This document shows, piece after piece, positions 52,901 through 62,097 of a DNA stretch of 64,000 nt. The position numbers and the translations under genes were made by a program. The DNA comes from Trichosphaerium sp. ATCC 40318 (lineage: Eukaryota; Protista; Tubulinea): contig JALMLS010000538.1 in assembly GCA_038496445.1 (NCBI GenBank), forward strand, positions 193,651 through 257,650, written 5' to 3'. The notes beneath the pieces were generated by a model. It did no database searches. It was not told the DNA's origin and saw nothing but the letters and a program-made list of their open reading frames with translations. Each line of letters begins with the position of its first letter. The first letter of the stretch is position 1.

Positions 52901-53086
52901 AAAAAAAAAAAACAAAAAAAAAACAAAAAAACAATTTTGCTACAACAAAGAGGTTGTAACCTTTTACTTGTATATCTAGTAAGCAATATGAATAAATTCT
53001 TTGTGATGTGGAAACGTACAAATACTAACTATTAAATTGATACTTATGGTTATAGTGTCGAGGCTAATTCTAGCAGTTGGTGATTA

Positions 53087-53790
53087 ATGTCATGGTCACA
53101 GTACCTTCAAGCATTATCTCAGACACTGAATCAAAAGAACCCAACACTTACATGTTCACATAGGACCCAATCATTGATTACGTATTGCTCCAATGGGTAT
53201 GGTGAACCACCATGCATAGATGAACGTTTAGAGCTGACAAGTGGCGAAGAGGTTTAAAGTAGTACACAAATAAAATACTGGAGTTTTTACTTTGTTCAAC
53301 TGTTTTTATCTAGACAATACGAATTCAAGACTCAATCAAGGGTGGACCCTTATACCTGTAGACGTCATTTTATAGCCAGCCACATGTCTCAAGTACCAAC
53401 ATTGTTGCAAACATAACTATAGCTAACAGTTTAGCTTTACACGAACTTTACCAACATAAGACTCGAAAAAATAGGACACAGTGGGCAGGAGAAGTCGTAC
53501 AATTTGATAGGTTTATTTCTACTGGAATTGTGGGTTTTTGGTACTAAGAGCCCTTAATGAATACGCCAGTATTCCACTCACAATTTGGGACTGCTTTAAG
53601 CTACGATATGCTGGTATTGCCGCTTACATCCTGTACAATGTACAACTCGTTTTTTTAGTGCACTAAAGACAAAACACTGCGACGCGGGCATTCTGTACCC
53701 AGCATTGACGCGAAAGCAAGGAGACACGGCAAGTATAACCAAGGCATGAGAGAATTCTCCAATTAGATTATAGACGCCTTATTGTTGATC
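53087..53790 (+). pseudogene. Possible degenerate profilin-like gene
   Basis: Starts MSWSQYLQAL (profilin N-terminus is MSWQxYVD). Later fragments ALKTKHC.AGILY and MREFSN*IID resemble the profilin C-terminus, but the frame is broken. Confidence 0.3.
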
Positions 53791-54167
53791 TGTAACGCCA
53801 CTGCATTACTCTGCGGTGTTTTAGAGGTAAATAAAATACAAGCTTTCACGTGCCCAAATAGTTGACAGATCTCCCAGAACTTACTTATTATTTCTTATAT
53901 TTAATTACTTGCTACAGACAATACTTCCAGATTTTCGAAACTTCTTCATATCTTACTTTTATGATTTAACTTGTTAGCGTACGTTTTTTCGATATTACAA
54001 CATTTTAAAATAAAACTTGTGATTACTTAATCTCCTACAAATTAGTCTTTGTTTTGTTCCTAAAACATGCGTTATAGAGGGTTATACAGTGGATAAGTAG
54101 TACTTGTTTAAGTCGGTATTAAATGAATAAAATTGGCAATCGAAGCAAAAAGCCAATTTCTCCCTCC

Positions 54168-55453
54168 ATGTCAAAGCTTCTTTTCGCGAGATTACTTGTG
54201 TTGGCGCTTCTAGCCACCCTATGTGCCTGTCAGACAAGACCAGTAGCCCATATCTATCCAAGTATTAACATTATGGAAGTAAGCATAAGGGAAACAGATA
54301 CAATGTTCGCAAACGGTACTTTTATGTTTAATTATTTAGATCCAAATCCAAACATAAAAATATTTTGGTCAAACCAAGCACAATCTCAAGTCACGTGATA
54401 AGTTTTAATTTTTTTTTTATTTTAGATGCCGCTTTTGGTGTAACATTTTCATATGCTACCCCTTCATGCCCTATTTTACGTACGTACCGAGTCTACACGA
54501 CATAACTACGCTATAAAATGAGTTTCGATTGTTTCATTTTGACTTCTTTATTGAAAAAAAGAGAAAGTCCAGTTCAAATTCACCTATAAGTCTCTCTAAT
54601 GTGTCTTTTATATAGTACCTGCTGTTGATGGATCTTTCATTCTATTGCTAGACATAGATGCACCTACACTTCGAGTAAGATCACAGGATGATACTCTGCT
54701 TTGTTCGACCGATTCACTAGCTGCCGATTTGCTTCTTACTTCAACTGGTGGATTCATAGATGACACAACTTTTATTACTTTCGATGGGCTGGACACTTTT
54801 TACATCAACGTTATTGATACGATGACATGTATGATTACTACTACTACGTCATGTACAACATCGGGTGGTACAGTTGGAGATGGTAATGAATGAATTTGCT
54901 GAAATTTCTTTTTTTTTGTTTACAAACTTAACTCCTTGGCGTCTTATTAACAACGTTTCGTTTTTAGTTGAGGTTGCTCCTGGTACATCATATATTGTAT
55001 ATGACGATAGTAGCATGATGGGCAGAATCGCTTCATTCCCTACATCGAGTCTTGTTGCGGCTCCTTGTGATATAGACCTTACTGGAGTCACGAACATTGG
55101 TAATGAGATTACTCCTGAAGCTTTCATAATTGATCGTATTGATGATGATTTCTTGTATGTTGAAAACGGCGGGTTTTTTTCTGTGGCTTTGATGGGAGGT
55201 ATGTTCATAAAAAAAAAGTTGTGTTTTTGGTTTAACCGCATGTTAGGCGCTCGAGCCATGTTCACTCAGTCTCCCCTTGGTGGTCAAGCTGCCTTTTATC
55301 CTGGATTCAATCTAGTTGTGCCTACAACTCCACCTCCAGTTTCTACATGTGTCAGCAAGTACGACAATCACTTTTTTTTTTTCATTTGACCATTTTTAAA
55401 GGAAGAGATCAATTAGTTTCACACAAGATAGAATCAAATTGCTTCACCGTTAA
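54168..55453 (+). CDS. Secreted protein of unknown function, copy B (paralog of the gene at 48805, lacks the STPPP array)
   Basis: Near-identical signal exon and 3' exons to copy A. Confidence 0.75.
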
Positions 55454-55730
55454 TTATTATAAGGTTGTATGATATTCATATCCTATACAAGCTCTTACTT
55501 AGGACTACCTTAAGTTCTCTTCGTGTTCTTCTTATTTATCACTGAATTTAAAGTTTCATAATTAAACCAAGCCTGTGCTTGCTTGGTTTTAAAAAAGCAG
55601 ACATTGCTTTATGTTCATAAATAATATTCTGTCAGCGCTCTTTGCAACGATCCTCAGTTCTCTGTAGGAATTCTTCTCTTGCACTGAGATGCAATAATAG
55701 TAGTGGCTACTACAACCGCCCAGAGCTTGT

Positions 55731-56600
55731 ATGAGAAGAGTCTTTAAGCCAGTTTTTTGTTCAGTTAAGCCTTCAAAACAGTTTACTGCTACAACGATGG
55801 CTAGCGTATTCGACTTTAAAGTAAAGAATATTGATGGCGAAATGGTCGATTTGAGCGACTTCAAGGCACAGAAACGACAATTATTCAAAAAAAACAAGTC
55901 GGCGAAAATATTTTCCTTCTCATTAACTCTTCGACGCCGCCACACGCATCTAACACCTTATATTCTATTTTATAACTGTTTTCTAGAACAAAGTGACATT
56001 GATCGTCAACGTCGCATCCAAGTGAGGCGTAACAACCGGTATGCTTAATTTAACCAACTGTTAGCTGTTTTTACGGAGAAATTCGTTTAGCTAACTAAAA
56101 CCATAGCAAACTACAAGGAGCTTGTAGTGTTGCGCGAAAAGTACCACAAAGAAGGATTTGAAGTGCTTGCATTCCCTTGCAATCAAGTAAGCCGCCATTT
56201 CTTCTTTTCTTGTCGAAAACGTCATTCTCATTCTCATTAACACCTCTTTTTTTTAATAGTTCGGTGGTCAAGAACCAGGCAGTAACGAGCAGATTAAAAA
56301 GTTTGTTGCAGGATTTGGTGTTAAATTCCCAATGTTTGATAAACTCGATGTCAAGGGTAAAAATCAAGATCCCTTGTTTGCATTCTTGTGCTCTAAACAT
56401 GAAGGCGTGTCTGAGAGCACTATTGGTTGGAATTTCTCAAAGGCACGGACAGGGAAAAAGACGTAAACGTTTCCATTTTTGACTGACTTTGATTCTAGTT
56501 TGTTTGCAATAAGAATGGCGTACCTGTACAGTTCTATGATACACGCGTTAGTCCGAGCGAAATAGAGCCAAAGATTGTTGAGCTCTTAAAAGACAAATGA
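55731..56600 (+). CDS. GPX: Selenocysteine glutathione peroxidase, second copy; possible alternative ATGs at 55731 (presequence) and at the MASVF Met
   Basis: VNVASK-TGA(56023-56025)-GVT, LAFPCNQFGGQEPG and GWNFSKF. SECIS downstream. Confidence 0.93.
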
Positions 56601-56654
56601 AGCCAGAATGGCTCTAAATTGCTTAAAAGTCCTTATACCGCATGCTTATGAAAC

Positions 56655-56714
56655 GATTTATGATATGCAATTGTTCAAACCCTAAACTAGTTGGGCACAA
56701 TCGCATTGATAACC
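56655..56714 (+). promoter_or_regulatory. SECIS element (type II) of the plus-strand GPx
   Basis: ATGAT-ATGCAATTGT-TC-AAA-CCC..GGG-C-ACAATCGCAT-TGAT. Confidence 0.85.
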
Positions 56715-57325
56715 TTTTATCTGTTTTGTAATCATTCACCGGCTTGAAGGAAGCCATAAGCAAGTCATATTAAACGTGAAACTGCGTTAGTACTGCTACG
56801 TAGTTGTATAATAAACAATGCGCAGTATTTCACGTAAAAATTAAATTCTATGCCTATTTTACCCTTTGTAGCGCTAAGAGACTGCGAAAGCTATTTCCTG
56901 GTTGCAGTTTCGTATCAACATTTCGAAACGTCGTCTACTCACGTACTTTTATCACGTTTCTATGGCTTGATTAGGTTGTATGTGTATATAAAGCGGTTTC
57001 TTGTTTCTCTAGAGGTGTTGTAGTTATTTTAAAAGAGTCCTCTGCCAAGTAGTTTGACTTTTTTTTATTTTTCGAAGCCCAGATTTTATTTACGTCACGC
57101 AACTAACGATAGCTGCTACTACGAACATACGAAAAGCTCACATAGTCAAGAGGTATGGGATAGTTGAAGGTCAAAAGCCATTCAAACCTGTTTTGCATTT
57201 CTCCTCGTTCTACTCGAACGTGCTTATGGCGTCATACTTGAGTCATAGCTGTGCTTGATGCAGCAGTGGTATTGGCTTGCGTTTTAATTTTAACCAAGAT
57301 GTAGAAATTGTTCGAGAGTTGAAGT

Positions 57326-60048
57326 ATGATCAAGCTCCCTACGTTAATCTTCATATTACACATCACAGTGCTCATCCCGGTTGCTATTGGATCGCTATCG
57401 TGGATTGAAAACGGGGCACCAGGTAATCCCTCTTTTTTTATGACATTTCCTATTCGTTTGTTATCAATAACCCCAAAGAACGCTTAAAATAATAAAAGAA
57501 CAGCATTTGAAATCTCGTGCTATGCAGTTTTAACGACTTTTCTCAGTTCATGCAAACGCTCCGTTTCTTGACTTTACAGGGGCGTCAGGTATACCAAATG
57601 GTACTTTAGAGGGTATTCTATGTAGCGCAAAACACGAGGTACGAAACAGTTTTAAATTTATTTTTAAATTTCGTCTGTACAGCGACTCTTAATGGTTAAT
57701 CCTTTGGTAGCGTTATGTATGTGCTAACGTGACGACAAAGATACTATTTGTTGAGTTTGAACAGGGAACAGTTGATAGAGTGCTTCGTCCTATAGTTGAC
57801 GAGCACGACAACTATGTAGCGATCATTTTAGGTTCAACCGACAGTACGCTTTTTTAGCTAAAACAATTTTTTTTGTTTTTTTATTTTTCGCTGTTTTTGC
57901 GACGTTTCGGGTCGTTGAACGGTTTGTTCGACTTTTTTGTGCACACAATTGTGCTTTCGTTTTTATTTACACTACTCCGCGGAGCAACACGTATTAGCAC
58001 GTGATCAAAAAATAAGTGGAACGAACTTTTTCTCTTTTTTTTTTTTGTTCTATTTTGTGGTTTTGCTTTACTGTTTTTAGCGAGTGTCGAAGTGATAATT
58101 TATTTTTTTAAATATTTTTATATAGTTGTAGAAGGTCGTGGGAGGTATCTATACGATACAGAACCAAGCAAGTTCACACCAGCGCCAATTTATGAAATAA
58201 ATCTTAAAGCGACAAATCAGTTGAAATCTCTCTTGGGTTCAGATTCTACGGTCAATATAACACTTACTACTGGAGGTAAACTACCACGCTTTTCCCTCTT
58301 TAAATAATGGGTTAATTCACACAATAAAAAACTGTTTAGATATCAACCAATGGAGCCAATTGGAAAGATCACCTTGGAGCTATTTACTTCAGATAGTTGC
58401 TATAATGCTACCTTCTCTTATCACATTATTGTTTGTATGCTTGGTTGCGTATTATCATTATTACTACCACGAGAACCATGTAATACTACCAAGAGTAGTC
58501 ATGGGACTACATATCTTCGCACTTTTATGCACGTGATTTTTTTTTAACTTGTTTCAAAAAAAGGCCACAAAAAAAAAACTAGTTTGAATTGGCTACTATT
58601 TTGTTGTTTCACAAAACGTTCCACTAACATTTTTCTCCGTTTTAGCTATTGTCATAATGTCGTCGGACTATTTATTTAGAAATTTCCTACCTGCTACTAT
58701 GGTTGTAGCGATGTTTGACATGTGTGTAGCACCAACAATAATAGGTAAAAACCGACTTTTTTTTTTCGTTCGAAAAGAATTGTATTTACGAGATTAATCT
58801 TATTTTATTCTTCTAGCTACTCTTCTAGTAACACTTGCATGGCAAGACGCATTAACTGATAGAGAATTAACAGTTAAAGCTTTTCTTTCAAGCAAGATGC
58901 GTATCGCTTTTTATTGCTTAGTGGCTTTCATGGCTACTGTTGCTGTAATGAGTGTTATGGCTAGGATATTCGTACAAGAGGTTATTATTGATTATGCTTA
59001 TGGCATGATATCAATACTTGTAGTCATAAGTACGCCTCTCTTTGATCTTTTTTTGGGTGCCGGTTTTTTTGTGTTCATTTGTGTTCCACTTTTTTTTTTC
59101 ACTTTTTCCGGAACATCATTTTTTGGCTTCATAGTTGACAAGTTGTATTTATTTTGTTTTCATCGTAGTGATGCTTGTTTTTAAATTCAAAACTGCGTAT
59201 GGTATTGGAAGTCAACTTGGAGGGTTTGATAAAACAAAAAATAGGAGTTCAAGAGAGTATATGCGTCGTGTACGTATTTCTTTTTAAAATTTCTTTTTTT
59301 TTTTTGTTTTACTTATTTAATTACTAGCTCATGTGGCGTATGATACTGGTTGGTACTGCATACTTTCTTTACATCATTGGTATGATTGTAATAATTTCCG
59401 GAGGAGTCTCAACACCTGCAGGTACGCCTTTTCGAACAAGGGCAACTGCGTTGCAATGGAAAAAAAAAAGTATTTACTTACATATCTTTTTCAGGGTTCT
59501 TTGCTACAGGCACTTTGATGTACACATCTGCGTCTCTTGTTGCTGTTGCACAGGTTCATACATTCTTCGTTAAGAGTAGAGAAATCAAGAGCTCAGCAAG
59601 CAGCTCAGGATCAAAGAAAACATCTTCTTTTTCGAAAAGAACAACAAGCGAGATAAGAAATGTAACAACAAGACATACTATCAAAGATCGTGTTATTACA
59701 ATGACAGAGGCACTTCCAGCTCCTGATCAAGGAGAAGTAATAACAAAGAGGAGTATCGCATTAAAAGCAGAACCAGAACATCACGGAGACCATGAGGAGC
59801 TATCTACGTCTTCAGGTCGCACTGAAGGTAGTATAAGTTCGGCGAAAGTATCAAATGCTGGTAACGGAAGTGGTGTCGTTTCGGATGCCTCTAGCTCTCC
59901 AGCACGTGCTTCTTTACACACATCAAGATCTAGTAGTAGAAAATCAAATAAGAAAAACGTAGAGTATGAGCTTAGTAGCCAGAACAGTGAAATTGATGAT
60001 GATGGAGATAATGACGACTCTGAGCATCTAGACGAGCAGACCTTGTAA
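57326..60048 (+). CDS. Signal peptide + PA-like ectodomain + multi-pass (about 7 TM) receptor-like protein with a Ser-rich cytosolic tail
   Basis: Signal MIKLPTLIFILHITVLIPVAIG. PA-like KILFVE..YVAIILG..PIYEI..VNITLTTG|DINQW. Successive hydrophobic exons. Tail encoded by ORF 59515-60048. Confidence 0.65.
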
Positions 60049-60199
60049 ATTTTTTTGTAGTTATAAATAAAATAAGAAAGTAATTTAAACTTGTTATGGA
60101 ACTGTCACATAACCCGGAGAAATAGGATGCCACCTTTGCCGAAGACAAGGACGATTTTTTTGGTGGTTAAGTTATTGTTGTTTGTTCTTAAGTCAGTTG

Positions 60200-60208
60200 T
60201 TTGGCGCG
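60200..60208 (+). promoter_or_regulatory. E2F-like site just upstream of the AMT1-like ATG
   Basis: TTTGGCGCG, identical to the motif in the histone promoter. Confidence 0.45.
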
Positions 60209-60217
60209 GTTTGACAC

Positions 60218-61805
60218 ATGGCAGAGTCAGAGTTAAAACTGTACCTACACGATGATGAGTACCAGGTTAGAGCATTTGAGCGTTCCAAACATAATTCTTG
60301 CATAGTTGCCAACGAATATAACACCTGAGGAGCTGACTCCTATAATTAACGATATACGAAAGGAAATAAAGACTCTAGAACGAGAATTAGGAAAAACTGC
60401 TCAATTAGAAGAAGGTGCGTTATAAACGCTCCCATTACACTCAAAAATGCGAAGATTACGAAGTTGAGACGTTTACAATCCCGCCACATTCCATACCGAT
60501 CAGATGTGATGTCAGACGATTTGACTGGGCTGTACGATAATGCGCTGTGCGAGGTTTTACTAATGTTTACGCAAGGCTCTGGCCGCAGAAGTACAATTTG
60601 ATGTAATAACTATGGATCCACCTTGGCAACTCGCAGGAAGCACACCCACGCGTGGAGTACGTATAAACGCTAAAGCTTTGAAAGATAACGGTTTTTTACG
60701 CATTTTTCTAATTTTTTTTCTAACAAATGTCATAGGTGGCAATCGGTTACTCAGCGCTTCCCAACCATGATATTGAGAATATTCCCATTCCAAAGCTACA
60801 GAAGAATGGATTTTTATTTATATGGGTTATCAATGCACGTTACACGTTTGCTACGAACCTAATGAAGAATTGGGGATACGAGTAAGAACAAAAGTGACAG
60901 TTTCAAGTGTTTGTTTTCGGATTTTTAAAAAAACTTTTGATAGTACGCTGATTAATGTTGTAGGATAGTAGATGACATTACTTGGGTAAAATCTACAGTA
61001 AATAGACGTATGGCGAAAGGTCACGGATTTTATTTGCAGCATGCAAAAGAAACTTGTCTCGTTGGTAAAAAGGTATGTAATCTCTACAATTCCCTTGCTT
61101 TTATGAGATTCTCTGGTTGAGTGAGTTTTCGTCTACTTGAATTTTTTCTTCAATGTATTTGTAGTGTTTTTCGTAGTAGTTGTGTATGAGGGCATTCATG
61201 TTCTGTTTCCACTCTGTTTTCTAAATCAATTTTGTGAGTTTTTTGAAGTCTACAAAAACCCTTAGCTCACAAGCGCTTCAGCGTCTCTTATGGCGTTTAA
61301 GGCAATGACCGACTCTGGTTCGGTTTCACTCAATGCTTGCAGCGCGTAGTGCAACTTGATAACTTGATGTAAATGCTCAACAAAACATTATCATTCAGTT
61401 ACACGCACGTATTTGCTTGTTTTTCTCTCCTAGAGCTATTATACTCGCTTGACTACGCGTTGCATTCATCTCTTTCTGCGTAAAAATTCGCTAAATTTTA
61501 AGCCGAATTTCGCAGTGAAAAGCAAAGCCAGTTGCCACCCAAAACCAGAGCAAATATTTTCCTTAATGGTATCATCGTTTTTCTTATTTTTAACGCACAA
61601 ATTATTACAGGGAAATGATCCACCTAACACACGACGTGGTGTTATGTCAGATGTAATATTTAGCGAAAGAAGAGGCCAAAGTCAGAAACCAGAAGAAATT
61701 TATGAGATGATCGAAAATCTCGTTCCTAACGGGAAATACTTGGAGATATTTTCCAGAAGAAATAACTTAAGAAACTACTGGTTTTCAATAGGGTTAGAAC
61801 TGTAA
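60218..61805 (+). CDS. AMT1: MT-A70 family DNA N6-adenine methyltransferase, AMT1/MTA1 clade
   Basis: IPIRCDVRRFDW, FDVITMDPPWQLAGSTPTRGVAIGY, GFLFIWVIN, WVKSTVNRRMAKGHGFYLQHAKETCLVGKKG and SERRGQSQKPEEIY..LVPNGKYLEIFSRRNNL, all characteristic of AMT1/MTA1. Confidence 0.9.
61101..61469 (-). CDS. Nested antisense 3-exon gene (90 aa helical protein) inside the AMT1 intron
   Basis: Exons 61469-61409, 61362-61271 and 61220-61101. Introns GTGCGT..AAG (46 nt) and GTGAGC..CTCAC..TTTAG (50 nt). The spliced frame is open from ATG to TAA. Confidence 0.75.
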
Positions 61806-62097
61806 TAATGTAAAATAATAAAAATAAAAACAAAAACAAAAACAAGGAAAACGAGTAGCGCGAAAGTATGATCTATCTACGCGTGTTCTGCCCTTGAAAG
61901 TAAGATTGTTTACGCCTTTAATAGCTATCAAAGGTAAACAATCTCAATACTTGGCGTGTGTGCACTGATTTGCAGTAAGAATCAGTTATCGTTGGAAGCA
62001 AAGCATAAGCGATTGTAGTGATGCTCATAAAACAATCACATCTTGCTGTTTAAGTTGTTAACTTCCCGCTTGAGATTTTTTGATTCAGATTGGCCTC

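Noticed and set aside
42322-56025. In-frame TGA read as pseudogene lesions or an alternative genetic code
   Set aside because: Both fall on the GPx catalytic residue and have SECIS elements. TAA, TAG and TGA all serve as stops elsewhere.
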